Virus record (IMG/VR): IMGVR_UViG_3300020439_000003 | Location: 45,555-109,554 of that record | Reading direction: 5' to 3' (one strand) | DNA length: 64,000 nt | Origin: a virus | Shown: one piece after another, positions 8,254 to 17,695 of the stretch | How the letters are laid out: every line of letters begins with the position of its first letter | Numbering within the stretch: the stretch's first letter is position 1 | Notes under the pieces: model-generated | What the model was told of the DNA's origin: nothing | Databases searched by the model: none | Seen by the model: only the letters and a program-made list of their open reading frames with translations | Program-made: the position numbers and the translations under genes

Positions 8254-8282
8254 GAAATTCTCAAAATTTCTTTGACCCTTAT

Positions 8283-8339
8283 AGAATACACGAGAATCTG
8301 CCCAGATCAAGGATCAGTGGACAGTTCTCCTGGTGTCAC
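8283..8339 (-). promoter_or_regulatory. early promoter with palindrome
   Basis: Palindrome at 8318-8339 (TGGACAGTTCTCCTGGTGTCAC); TTGATC -35; -10 TATTCT at 8283-8288. Confidence 0.7.
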
Positions 8340-8894
8340 ATTCAAATTAAAACTTAGCGTCAATCGGTTAGTGTCATTTTTCTGCAATCTTACGCCATGA
8401 CGTACAAACGAAGGGAACACAATCAGGTCGCCTTCATTGATATTGGGTTCATGAACAGGTGACTGCTCAAAAATGTGAGTATATCCGAGGATTGTATGAT
8501 CCAAGTTCATATTCTCAAAATAGAATCGTCCATCCTTATCTCTATCGAACTGGATGAAGATCACACCAGAGAAGTTCACGAACTCAGGATAGTTCACATG
8601 ATGATGAGGTTCTTGCGAATGTCCACTGTTATACAGATTCAACCATGAGTTTACGATTTCAATCTCACAATCAGGAGGGAAATACTGATACAAATAAGGT
8701 GCTAGGACTTGTCCAAGTTCTTCGGGCGGGACGACATCTTTCTCTTCAAAATGTGTCGTGTGAACACTACAATTCCACCTACCCTCAGCATCAGTAAGGA
8801 GATGCCTAGCAGACTCCAAAAGGGATCCGAATGTCTCCTTGTGATTGTGAATGTGTGCTTGGTGGTATTTGATTGGGAATAGAATTGTTTGCAT
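8307..8894 (-). CDS. 2OG-Fe(II) oxygenase, HxH type
   Basis: SWLNLY...QEPHHH...FPSFVRHGV...RLTLSFN. Confidence 0.85.
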   Translation of the reverse strand: MQTILFPIKYHQAHIHNHKETFGSLLESARHLLTDAEGRWNCSVHTTHFEEKDVVPPEELGQVLAPYLYQYFPPDCEIEIVNSWLNLYNSGHSQEPHHHVNYPEFVNFSGVIFIQFDRDKDGRFYFENMNLDHTILGYTHIFEQSPVHEPNINEGDLIVFPSFVRHGVRLQKNDTNRLTLSFNLNVTPGELSTDP

Positions 8895-9387
8895 CAGGTG
8901 TAATTTTAATCAGTTTCTTGGTGTAATCATATGCATATTTTGTACGATTACCATGTATACCCCATCCTAACCATTGATAGGCATGATGCATATAATGTTC
9001 AACAGTTTGTCCACGTCCTTGTAAAACAAGAGCATAACGTGTCCACTGTGGTTCATTCACCATGTAACGAAGTTGTGTCCCCAGTGTGCTCGGGTCTCCC
9101 CCGTATGCGCGGGCAAAATGGGCAAGTCCGTCATATCTGCCCTGTGAGGTCCACTGAATGAGACCATATCCACCAACCAAACATGCATCGTAAGGTAGAA
9201 TTGCACCGCCTTCACATACATTTGGACGGAAGTTTGATTCTTGTTTGATGTTACCCATGACTGTTGCCAGTGCATTAACATCATGAATCCCCCTCGATTG
9301 TAGGAATTCAAGTGTCTGATTCTCTGCTGGTGAGCAGTCTACACACTTGATAATCGGAGGGGGAGTTGGTGTTGTTGTCAATAACAT
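8806..9387 (-). CDS. phage tail lysozyme-like muramidase (Phage_lysozyme2-like)
   Basis: ALATVMGNIKQESNF...GGYGLIQWT...QLRYMVNE. Confidence 0.8.
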   Translation of the reverse strand: MLLTTTPTPPPIIKCVDCSPAENQTLEFLQSRGIHDVNALATVMGNIKQESNFRPNVCEGGAILPYDACLVGGYGLIQWTSQGRYDGLAHFARAYGGDPSTLGTQLRYMVNEPQWTRYALVLQGRGQTVEHYMHHAYQWLGWGIHGNRTKYAYDYTKKLIKITPDANNSIPNQIPPSTHSQSQGDIRIPFGVC

Positions 9388-9422
9388 AATTTAGATTCGA
9401 GAGATCAACTAATGAAAGAATG

Positions 9423-9626
9423 TCAAGATTGCTCTGTATCCAACTGGGACAACTGTGGGGATCGCAGCAACTCGTGTTGGTATTCAAGTTCATTCCACAA
9501 ACTGTCAATGAGACCATCGATATATGTACGATGGTTGAGATGTTGAGCAACTCTTTTGAGTTCTAATACCTGCTGTTTTGCAGACTCAATATGATAACAT
9601 TCTCTACTTCTTACGTCAATGCTCAT
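9423..9626 (-). CDS. hypothetical protein
   Basis: MSIDVRSRECY...; ATGA-coupled to the upstream gene. Confidence 0.55.
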   Translation of the reverse strand: MSIDVRSRECYHIESAKQQVLELKRVAQHLNHRTYIDGLIDSLWNELEYQHELLRSPQLSQLDTEQS

Positions 9627-9823
9627 GCGAAACCGCCTCCTTTTGTCTTTTGATCGATCACATCCACAGTAACACAATACTGTGGATAGTTCCACCATGC
9701 CTCCATAACTCGCATGTAATCATCAACAATCTTCACACTACCATCGGCACAGTGTATTTTGTATCTATGCCGATCGTAAGGTTTCTCACATGTTTGCTTA
9801 AAGAAACTTGGCAAACCTGTCAT
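9623..9823 (-). CDS. hypothetical protein
   Basis: F.QTCEKPYDRHRYK...KGGGF, a pattern common in cyanophage small ORFs. Confidence 0.7.
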   Translation of the reverse strand: MTGLPSFFKQTCEKPYDRHRYKIHCADGSVKIVDDYMRVMEAWWNYPQYCVTVDVIDQKTKGGGFA

Positions 9824-9972
9824 GATCGTGGATCCATGTTAGTACAGAGATCAGGATCAATCTTACAAAGACGATCCATCTTTTGATCTTGAATTGATTG
9901 AACTTTGTTCATTGCAGTGATGCCAATGTTAGCACCAATCAAAACAATGATGAAAGCGAGGGCGATTCTCAT
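9820..9972 (-). CDS. small membrane-anchored protein
   Basis: MRIALAFIIVLIGANIGI hydrophobic N-terminus; CKIDPDLC. Confidence 0.65.
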   Translation of the reverse strand: MRIALAFIIVLIGANIGITAMNKVQSIQDQKMDRLCKIDPDLCTNMDPRS

Positions 9973-10044
9973 GATAATAAAAGAATGAAAGAGGGGAGGT
10001 CTCGCGGCAGGAGACACAATTATATAGACCCTCTATGTGATAGT

Positions 10045-10233
10045 TCAGCGTTGGAACTTGCCGTGCTTAAATGTAGCAAATTCAGGATTGTTGACCCAGC
10101 GACCCTGAGTGCAATCCCACACGATGGGCAGCGGTTCGGTCTGAGGAGTGTTCGGTGATGCCTTAGCGAGGACCTCACGGGACTGGGCAAACAGTTCGTC
10201 GAGAGTGTAGCGAGCAGGGCGGACGCCGTACAT
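10045..10233 (-). CDS. early hypothetical protein
   Basis: 62 aa, with a GGAG RBS and a promoter upstream. Confidence 0.65.
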   Translation of the reverse strand: MYGVRPARYTLDELFAQSREVLAKASPNTPQTEPLPIVWDCTQGRWVNNPEFATFKHGKFQR

Positions 10234-10259
10234 GTGTTGTCTCCGTTGATTACCTAGTA

Positions 10260-10316
10260 ATAATACACGCTCAGGGCGTGGTCACCACTATTTATGGACA
10301 CTAGGAGAACTGGACC
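10260..10316 (-). promoter_or_regulatory. early promoter with palindrome
   Basis: Palindrome at 10295-10316 (TGGACACTAGGAGAACTGGACC); -10 TATTAT at 10260-10265. Confidence 0.7.
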
Positions 10317-10831
10317 CCAAGGTGTGGACAGATCGCACCGAGTGAGATACGAATATCTTTTGTAGGTGGATCTCCATCATGTTCTAGTCTTGAATCAAAG
10401 TAGATAATTCTACCTTGTTTGAATTCCACTTTCTCACCCGTTGCAAATGTCGTAGCACCACTATCCCCATAAGCATGGTAAATAACTGACGTTGCGGCAT
10501 GATTGTAATCAGTGTGGGTTTGACTAACATGCCCAGGATTTTGTGCATTGACCAATAACCTATGGACATGAGACAAAGGTAGATCAGCACATACATCTTT
10601 AATGATGCATTCATTGAAGTATGCGAAGAACCAGTACCAAGGAGTCTCCTCAGTAAATTCATTGTTTCTGATGACAGTATTACCCCAGAATCTTGCCTTT
10701 GAATAGTCACCATATGGAGTATTATTATAGAAGAAGGGGAAGTCTGTTGAGAGATAGTTACCTACGTCTCTCACCATCCAACTGGGGAAATAGTCATCAA
10801 TGACTGTTACTGTGGTATCTAAATGTGTCAT
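10301..10831 (-). CDS. 2OG-Fe(II) oxygenase, HxD type
   Basis: VIDDYF...QTHTD...FDSRLEHDG...RISL. Confidence 0.85.
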   Translation of the reverse strand: MTHLDTTVTVIDDYFPSWMVRDVGNYLSTDFPFFYNNTPYGDYSKARFWGNTVIRNNEFTEETPWYWFFAYFNECIIKDVCADLPLSHVHRLLVNAQNPGHVSQTHTDYNHAATSVIYHAYGDSGATTFATGEKVEFKQGRIIYFDSRLEHDGDPPTKDIRISLGAICPHLGVQFS

Positions 10832-11439
10832 CGTTTAATCAATGGAATCTCAGTGCTCATTATGAAATTAGCAGATACAGTGATACGTTCACTATCCTCA
10901 CGTTGTGTGTCCACTTGGTGATGCAAATATGATGGGAAGATGAGTATATCACCTTCCTTACATTCAGGGAACCATGTATTAACCACTGGATAATGCTTAG
11001 AGAAGTATCCGAGGTGCATATTCTGATCTGGATTATAGAAGATGAACTTAGCATCTACCTCAGGATCATATTGTAAGAGGTATGCACAACTAAACGTGGT
11101 GTTATCTCCTCCACAATGTGTATGCACCTCCTGTGAATCACCCTTCTTATATACATTGATCCAACTTTCCGTCATTTCTATTCGCACGGTGGGTTTCCCA
11201 CCCAGTTGCTCATGCATATCATCTAAATTAGGACGTATTGCCTTAGCAAACACGTCCCACGAGAAGTCTTCATTATTGGTATCACTCTCAAAGGAGGATT
11301 GCAGTGTGCAATTCCACTCCCTCGGTTGTGATGTATTAGCGAATGCTAATTCTGATAGAAGTAATCCTTTGAGATACTGGTGTGCTTCAACTTCACCATG
11401 ATAGTAGAACTTAGGAAATAAACCTTGAACTTTACCCAT
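10828..11439 (-). CDS. 2OG-Fe(II) oxygenase, HxH type
   Basis: SWINVY...QEVHTH...FPSYLHHQV...RITVSAN. Confidence 0.85.
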   Translation of the reverse strand: MGKVQGLFPKFYYHGEVEAHQYLKGLLLSELAFANTSQPREWNCTLQSSFESDTNNEDFSWDVFAKAIRPNLDDMHEQLGGKPTVRIEMTESWINVYKKGDSQEVHTHCGGDNTTFSCAYLLQYDPEVDAKFIFYNPDQNMHLGYFSKHYPVVNTWFPECKEGDILIFPSYLHHQVDTQREDSERITVSANFIMSTEIPLIKR

Positions 11440-12683
11440 TATGCAACAAGAGAGAGGGGAGGAATGCCTTTGACGAAGATAGCATCAACAACATTTTGTA
11501 GACGCTTGACAACGTGAGCACCATAAGTCTTGTGGACAGGGACAGTAACGAAACCAGTTGGTTTGTTGTACAATCCCCACTCACATGCATTGAGTTCACC
11601 AGACTTCAAACGTGCAGCATCATCTTTATCTAGGCGAATAACACGACCGATAGTCTGTGCCATCTCAACAACATTCAAGTTGCGAAGAAGGATGCAGTGA
11701 GTGAGACCAGGGACGTTGATACCTTCGCTGAGGATAGAATAGTGGAACACGATGAACTTCTTAGAAGCATCCTTACCCCACTCAGTGAGAGTATTGAAGA
11801 ATACTTCACGAGATACTTTCACACCGTCGATGATAGCACCAAACTTAGATGTGACGTGCATGACACTGTAACCACGCTCTGCAAGTTGAAGCAGGAGTGT
11901 AGTCTTAGAGATCATGTTACCTAGCACGCGACTGCTAGGGACAGCGACGAGAACTTTGCTGGCGTGAGTATCATCGAGATTGTCAATGATGTCACGCACA
12001 GTGTCAGCATCAACGTCATGAATGTTGTGCTTTGTGCGAGTGTTGTCTGTTTCAAAGGGAACGATAGTTGGAGGGAGGATGTGACCCTGCTCAATCAACT
12101 CAGGTGCAGGAACGTTACAAATAACAGGACCATACACGTCGCTGTTGTTCATGGAACGACCATGCTTGCGAGCGATACGAGGAGTAGCAGTGAAGAAGTA
12201 TGCACGCTCAGAGAGATCAGAACATGCAGCAGTAGCAGCAAAGAAGTGACGAGTCACACTGTTGTGAGACTCATCAAAGTATGCAGCATTGATCTCAATA
12301 CCAGCATCAACAACTTTGTTCAAAGAGTGATAGGTAGTGAAGATAATGCAAGACTCACCTGCTGCACGCGCAGTGTTAGCGAACAGTGCAATCTTGTCAG
12401 ACTTGGTGCTGCTGAAATGCTGTGTCTCACCTGAGTGAGCATGACATACATGTGTCCATGTAGATGAAATAAACTGCATGAACTCGTCACACAGTTGATT
12501 AGCGAGCAGGATACGAGGAGCAACAACAACAATAGTCTGGGGACCGTTGTTGAGCAGTTGACGAGCGTGCTCGATCATGATGATGGTTTTGCCACCACCA
12601 GTAGGCACGATGACCTGACCCTTGTCAGCGGACTGCATAGCAGCGAGAGCGCGGGACTGGTGAGGGCGTAGGGTGATGGTCAA
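11439..12683 (-). CDS. superfamily 2 (DEAD/DEAH, ResIII-like) helicase
   Basis: LRPHQ, PTGGGKT, DESH, TAT, LSEGINVP, QTIGRVIR. Confidence 0.9.
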   Translation of the reverse strand: MTITLRPHQSRALAAMQSADKGQVIVPTGGGKTIIMIEHARQLLNNGPQTIVVVAPRILLANQLCDEFMQFISSTWTHVCHAHSGETQHFSSTKSDKIALFANTARAAGESCIIFTTYHSLNKVVDAGIEINAAYFDESHNSVTRHFFAATAACSDLSERAYFFTATPRIARKHGRSMNNSDVYGPVICNVPAPELIEQGHILPPTIVPFETDNTRTKHNIHDVDADTVRDIIDNLDDTHASKVLVAVPSSRVLGNMISKTTLLLQLAERGYSVMHVTSKFGAIIDGVKVSREVFFNTLTEWGKDASKKFIVFHYSILSEGINVPGLTHCILLRNLNVVEMAQTIGRVIRLDKDDAARLKSGELNACEWGLYNKPTGFVTVPVHKTYGAHVVKRLQNVVDAIFVKGIPPLSLVA

Positions 12684-12706
12684 GGCGTGTCTGTGTCAGT
12701 ACATAT

Positions 12707-12763
12707 ATTATACATCACTCCTCGTCTTCCACCACCTCTTTGTGCCACTTCCTACACTGGACC
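12707..12763 (-). promoter_or_regulatory. early promoter with palindrome
   Basis: Palindrome at 12742-12763 (GTGCCACTTCCTACACTGGACC); -10 TATAAT at 12707-12712. Confidence 0.75.
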
Positions 12764-12848
12764 TTGTATTCATAATATGGATCAATCCTTGCTTGTCTCT
12801 CCCACTCTTCACATTTCAAAATCTCTTTATAGAGTTTGTCATCATACA

Positions 12849-13181
12849 TTAGCGTGCCTCCATGTCTGGTAACATTTCATTGCCTGGGTGGTCATTAGTC
12901 TTACCACGGTATGCTTTCTTATGTTGAAAGTATGCTGGATCTAATTCTAAATCATCCCAGTCTTCTTCAAATATAACAATACAGCATTTAATCCATGGTG
13001 ACAATGCATGTGGATCCTCGTTAGGTTTCTTACTTATACACAGTGTGATGTATTCATCACTAACAAATTCAATAGTTCCCTCAAAACCCTGATACCTAGC
13101 AGGACACCCAGGTTGTACTGCTTTGATGATGTTCCTGATCTCGATAGGAACTGACTCGGAAATAAAGAGGGGAGTGCTCAT
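12849..13181 (-). CDS. hypothetical protein
   Basis: 110-aa ORF, coupled to an oxygenase gene. Confidence 0.7.
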   Translation of the reverse strand: MSTPLFISESVPIEIRNIIKAVQPGCPARYQGFEGTIEFVSDEYITLCISKKPNEDPHALSPWIKCCIVIFEEDWDDLELDPAYFQHKKAYRGKTNDHPGNEMLPDMEAR

Positions 13182-13795
13182 AGTGTTAGAAACGAAGTTG
13201 GGTTGCCATAGTTACCTTTGACCATGACATTAAATGCTAGTGAGTAACGTCTATTGTGATCCATGTTTGCTTCAACACAATGGACTAACTCACTAGGGAA
13301 TATGAGTACCATGCCTGTCTGTGGTGTGATTCTCCACGACTTAGCATTATATACATTTGTAGCATCACGACGTGGGTCAAGGTGTCGATGGCGTTGATCC
13401 ATGAACATAATATCACCACAATTAGGATGTGTCCTCAGATACACCACACCACTATACAAACTGTTACGATGTGAATGATCGTTAGCACGTTCCATGTGTT
13501 GATGCATGTTAATCCATGAACATGTGAAGTCAGTAGTGTGTGATATTGCATCAACACCCTGCACACCAAATACATATTCATCAACGTGTTCTTTTAACCA
13601 CGACTTGAAATCTAGGAACTTGTCTAGTATCTGTTGTTCAACAGTTTGAGCACCTAGATTATATCCTGATCTATCGTAGTTTCTAAATTCCAACTCATCA
13701 ACAGCATCCATGATGTTGGGCATCTCCTCATCAACTGTCACATATATTGGTGATGAGAACAGAGGGATAATCTCAGTCGGTAGTGAAGTTTGCAT
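13178..13795 (-). CDS. 2OG-Fe(II) oxygenase, HxH type
   Basis: LFSSPI...NDHSHRNSLYSGVVY...FPSELVHCV...RYSLAFN. Confidence 0.9.
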   Translation of the reverse strand: MQTSLPTEIIPLFSSPIYVTVDEEMPNIMDAVDELEFRNYDRSGYNLGAQTVEQQILDKFLDFKSWLKEHVDEYVFGVQGVDAISHTTDFTCSWINMHQHMERANDHSHRNSLYSGVVYLRTHPNCGDIMFMDQRHRHLDPRRDATNVYNAKSWRITPQTGMVLIFPSELVHCVEANMDHNRRYSLAFNVMVKGNYGNPTSFLTL

Positions 13796-14270
13796 TGATT
13801 AGAATTCTGTTCTTATGATATTTTGGTGAGTGTCCAGTATGCATGTGTTGACCATTAAATGTCAATAGTCTGTTTGCCTTTGGTTGTACCCGTTGAAAAC
13901 GACTGTCGGAAGGATCGCCAAGGATAATAGTATCTCCATCTGAATCATTAACATAGTAGATACACACACGATGAGGTTCTTTGCAATCAGTGTGAAAGTC
14001 ATGTCTGTATCCCTCTGGGTTATATAACGTCATATCTGCACGCACACGAAGACATGCAGAAGACCTAATAGTCTCCTGCATCTTCGCAACTAACTCACAG
14101 AACTGTGGATCACCTTCATCACTCAACCAGTGATTAAATCCATGTGCTTGTATATCATCACACCCATTGGTGAGAGTTTGTTGGTAGAACCAAGGAAACT
14201 CCCACCCAGTGAGTATAGATAACAGTTCTGCATGATAGTCATCATCAAGGAAGTTATCGATGATGTTCAT
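13773..14270 (-). CDS. 2OG-Fe(II) oxygenase, HxD type
   Basis: IIDNFL...FHTD...YYVNDSDGDT...HMHTG...RILIN. Confidence 0.85.
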   Translation of the reverse strand: MNIIDNFLDDDYHAELLSILTGWEFPWFYQQTLTNGCDDIQAHGFNHWLSDEGDPQFCELVAKMQETIRSSACLRVRADMTLYNPEGYRHDFHTDCKEPHRVCIYYVNDSDGDTIILGDPSDSRFQRVQPKANRLLTFNGQHMHTGHSPKYHKNRILINANFTTD

Positions 14271-14448
14271 CTCTGAGATGTAAGGAGGTCGCAATTTCAT
14301 CAATTAGATTCCTTTTATGATCTGGAAGGTGACCAATCTTGTTGTAATAGTCTTTTTGAAGTAGGAATAGTGCGTGGCGCAGAAGCACCTTCTGCTCTGG
14401 ATTTAGTGTTGCAGTTTTAAGAAACATGGTCATAGGTGCAGAGACCAC
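14254..14448 (-). CDS. small hypothetical protein
   Basis: 64-aa ORF inside the oxygenase run; TAAATA immediately upstream. Confidence 0.55.
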   Translation of the reverse strand: MVSAPMTMFLKTATLNPEQKVLLRHALFLLQKDYYNKIGHLPDHKRNLIDEIATSLHLRDEHHR

Positions 14449-14454
14449 TACTAT

Positions 14455-15162
14455 TTAACGGTGGACCACTAAATTATAGCGTTTCCTGTCAGAACAGCAA
14501 CACCTTTTAGGGGTCCAAATTGGAAGAGATAATGAAAGTCTCGGTCCTTTGGTGTGTCGGGTGTTGTGGTATGCCCTTGCAGGAAAGTATAGCACATCCC
14601 CAGGCGTAAGTAAAGTGTCTATTGCTATTGTCAACTCATCCTCACTTGGTGTGTAGGGAGGATCTTCTCCTTCAATAAGATGTGATGCTCGTTCGTTATA
14701 TACTTGCCACCTCGTTTCTCCATCCATTTGTATGATGAAGTTGACGGGTTTGTCCCAGTGTGGTTTGAAACTTGGGTGCGAATTGTCAGCGCCATTAGTA
14801 ATAAAAATGTGACAGTCAGCACATCCATCAAAGGTCTCTTCAATCTTTGACAGTAACTCATCAACTTGTGGTTTACCATGACCATATTTACATATGTTAA
14901 TAGTATAACCCATATTAGCAAGTTCAAAGAGTTCTTGCTTCTTTGGTACACCCATATAAAACCATGGTTCTTCCACCTGTTCCAGATCCATACGTCTACC
15001 ATTATCATCAATCACTGTGATAACGTGATTCCATGGAGCATTCAGGGCATCTTCGGCATCTTGCCATGTAACAAATGGTTCAATAGCATTGCGCCACACT
15101 CGTGGACGATCGTCTGCCTGATATACCTCAGGATTGAGAAACTCTGGGTTTGAAATTAACAT
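14455..15162 (-). CDS. JmjC/cupin-4 (YcfD/ROXA-like) hydroxylase
   Basis: FKPHWD..NFIIQMDGETRW...LTPGDVLYFPARAYH...RLSLS. Confidence 0.85.
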   Translation of the reverse strand: MLISNPEFLNPEVYQADDRPRVWRNAIEPFVTWQDAEDALNAPWNHVITVIDDNGRRMDLEQVEEPWFYMGVPKKQELFELANMGYTINICKYGHGKPQVDELLSKIEETFDGCADCHIFITNGADNSHPSFKPHWDKPVNFIIQMDGETRWQVYNERASHLIEGEDPPYTPSEDELTIAIDTLLTPGDVLYFPARAYHNTRHTKGPRLSLSLPIWTPKRCCCSDRKRYNLVVHR

Positions 15163-15691
15163 TGAGTGCAATCCTATATCCTGTGGTGGGTGATGATGAT
15201 GCATGTAATACATCACCTTTGAATACAACCATCTTGCCACGCTCAGGTGACACTCTCAACTGACATTGACGTTGAAATATACTCATCTCATCAGTGAAGA
15301 AGATAGTATCACCATCACTATCATTCACATAATATAATGCAGTGATGTGTTCTTCTTCAAAGTCTACATGTGGACAGTGATGTTCTAGTTTGTCAGGTAG
15401 TAGGCAACCAAGGCGAACGCGATAAACATCAGAAAAATCTTGACCAGCAGCATCAGCAATAATCCTCAAAGCAGATTCAAATAGATCGTAGTATTGTGAG
15501 ACAGGTTCATAGTCCATCACCACAACATGTGAGAATGAACTGTTATCAAACCTACCTTCATATGGTCGATACCCACCATCAGCAAACGTGGTCTCTTTAA
15601 CAAGATACCATGGGAACTGTTGTTGTGTTACAAGTCCCTCAATCTGATCCTGAATAATATCAGGCAATGGATAATCAGAACTCAATAACAT
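15128..15691 (-). CDS. 2OG-Fe(II) oxygenase, HxD type
   Basis: CPHVD...YYVNDSDGDT...VLHAS...RIALN. Confidence 0.85.
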   Translation of the reverse strand: MLLSSDYPLPDIIQDQIEGLVTQQQFPWYLVKETTFADGGYRPYEGRFDNSSFSHVVVMDYEPVSQYYDLFESALRIIADAAGQDFSDVYRVRLGCLLPDKLEHHCPHVDFEEEHITALYYVNDSDGDTIFFTDEMSIFQRQCQLRVSPERGKMVVFKGDVLHASSSPTTGYRIALNVNFKPRVSQS

Positions 15692-16379
15692 ATTGCTTAC
15701 GGTCGCTGGGTACATCACGGGGATACATGCAAGGGATAGACATTGATAGACGCTTACCACCAGGGAATGGTTTGTGATACGTTCTAGCAGGGATGTACAT
15801 AACATCTCCCTCCTGTAATACTGTATCCAGAGCGATAGTTAGTTCCTGACCTGCCTTGTCTGGTAGATAAGGTTCGTCTGTCATTTCGATCAGACCACTA
15901 CATCTCTCCTCGTATACATTCCAGTGTGTTTCACCTTCAATCTGACAAATAAAGTTAGGTGGTAGATCCCAGTGAGCACCAAATGACTTGCTGCCCTCCT
16001 TAGCACTACCAAATATATGTGCGTCACAATTACAATCAAACATCGCTTCAATGTTCTCCAACAGATTATCTACTGCTGGATTGTAATGACCATACTGTTC
16101 AATGATAAATGTATGACCTTCATTGATTGCTTGGAATAGTTCTTCCTTGTGTGCCACACCTTGTTCATACCATACTTCAAATTTCTCAGGTAGCATCAAT
16201 CGACGACCCTCAAAGTTGAGGATCTGGGTTCTATAATACCATGGATTATTAAAACAGTGTGTGACTGTATCCCAGTTGACATACTGTGAGAGATTATCTA
16301 ATGCCTTACGCCATACCTTTGGTTTATCACCACACACAAACTCCTTAGGATTGAGGAATGGTAGTATCAATTTATTCAT
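15675..16379 (-). CDS. JmjC/cupin-4 (YcfD/ROXA-like) hydroxylase
   Basis: FGAHWD..NFICQIEGETHW...LQEGDVMYIPARTYH...RLSMS. Confidence 0.85.
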   Translation of the reverse strand: MNKLILPFLNPKEFVCGDKPKVWRKALDNLSQYVNWDTVTHCFNNPWYYRTQILNFEGRRLMLPEKFEVWYEQGVAHKEELFQAINEGHTFIIEQYGHYNPAVDNLLENIEAMFDCNCDAHIFGSAKEGSKSFGAHWDLPPNFICQIEGETHWNVYEERCSGLIEMTDEPYLPDKAGQELTIALDTVLQEGDVMYIPARTYHKPFPGGKRLSMSIPCMYPRDVPSDRKQYVIEF

Positions 16380-17037
16380 GTAAATCACCCTCAGATTGGT
16401 CAATAGAACAACCTGCTACATTGATACTAATAGCAATACGTTCACCTACTGCTGGTTGTGTGCGATGCTTCAACCATGATGGGAAGATGAAGTAATCAAA
16501 TGATTTTGAAGGTTGTGTGTTCCACTTCAAATCACTACCACAATGTGTTCCATCGTCAGAAATATCATAGTCAAATTCTAGTGGTGTCATGCGAAGAATA
16601 TCTTCCAGAGGATTCTTGAATTGAAGATGACCATGCTCTGGATCTTTCTGCAAGTGATAAACAATACTCACATGTGATTTACTACGTTGACCACTGATGT
16701 GACAATGTTCTCCTGTTGTATCACCATCGTTATGCAAATTTGCCCACATACTATCAATGTAGACATGCAAATCTCTCCTATAATTTAGTGTCCACTTCCA
16801 ATACTCATGAGCAGCAACCATCACTGGATGTAGCATCCAGTCAAACTCTTCATGGTCAAATAGTTCTTTACCACCTAACAATCCACCAGTAGACTTACCG
16901 TCTTCTAGTGCCCATGAACCACGAGTAGTTTTCGACCAGTATTCATCGTAGAGTAATCTCTTAGTTGCTTCTAACTGCTCGGGGGTTGGTTCTATGCTGC
17001 CACGACAGATAGGAGTATCAAATAGTCTGCTTAGCAT
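16372..17037 (-). CDS. 2OG-Fe(II) oxygenase, HxH type
   Basis: MWANL...GEHCH...FPSWLKHRT...RIAISIN. Confidence 0.85.
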   Translation of the reverse strand: MLSRLFDTPICRGSIEPTPEQLEATKRLLYDEYWSKTTRGSWALEDGKSTGGLLGGKELFDHEEFDWMLHPVMVAAHEYWKWTLNYRRDLHVYIDSMWANLHNDGDTTGEHCHISGQRSKSHVSIVYHLQKDPEHGHLQFKNPLEDILRMTPLEFDYDISDDGTHCGSDLKWNTQPSKSFDYFIFPSWLKHRTQPAVGERIAISINVAGCSIDQSEGDLHE

Positions 17038-17695
17038 TCTTCCTAATAGTATTGTACAAGTTTTCCTTGTTTCTCACTGGTACGAAATTAAATGAGATAC
17101 TAATTCTATCATCCTCTGTCTGATTGTCTCGCACAGCATGAGGAACCCATGCAGGAAATAAGAATAGTCTACCAGCAAGTGGTGGATATTCATATGTAGT
17201 ATCAGTATGTGGCACTGCTGCGGTAGACATATCCTCAGCAATACCAAGAGAATGGATTAGATAACCCTCAGTATGATCCTTATAGAATACTAACTTACCA
17301 CACTCACCCTCTGGTACTTTGACATAAAAGACACCAGACATCACAGCACCAGGATGTACATGGACCTCGTTATATCCTCCATGTCCATTGATGTTCATCC
17401 AGACATTTGCATACTCAATATGTGACATCTCTGCCCCATATGTACCAAATGCTATCTCTGCATTCTTTTTAATAACATACAGCAGTTTCTTAAACTCATC
17501 ACCTTCAAGTGATTCGTCATTCAATATCTGCTCACCCAAATAATCGGGAGACTGATAGTTCAGTTCTCCACGATTACTACGGTATTGACCTTCATTATTG
17601 TTCGCAATATCGAGAACAATATCAGTCATTGCATTGACATCAATATCTAGATCAGTCCACCACACAGGCGTGGGGAAAATATAATCAAGATTCAT
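17018..17695 (-). CDS. 2OG-Fe(II) oxygenase, HxH type (TIGR02466-like)
   Basis: IFPTPV...NEVHVHPGAVMSGVFY...FPAWVPHAV...RISISFN. Confidence 0.9.
   Translation of the reverse strand: MNLDYIFPTPVWWTDLDIDVNAMTDIVLDIANNNEGQYRSNRGELNYQSPDYLGEQILNDESLEGDEFKKLLYVIKKNAEIAFGTYGAEMSHIEYANVWMNINGHGGYNEVHVHPGAVMSGVFYVKVPEGECGKLVFYKDHTEGYLIHSLGIAEDMSTAAVPHTDTTYEYPPLAGRLFLFPAWVPHAVRDNQTEDDRISISFNFVPVRNKENLYNTIRKNAKQTI

Noticed and set aside
5854-12763. Palindromic repeats as a CRISPR array or integron attC sites
   Set aside because: The copies are degenerate and separated by whole genes. There are no cas genes or integrase in the window, and the fixed spacing to -10 boxes fits a promoter element better.
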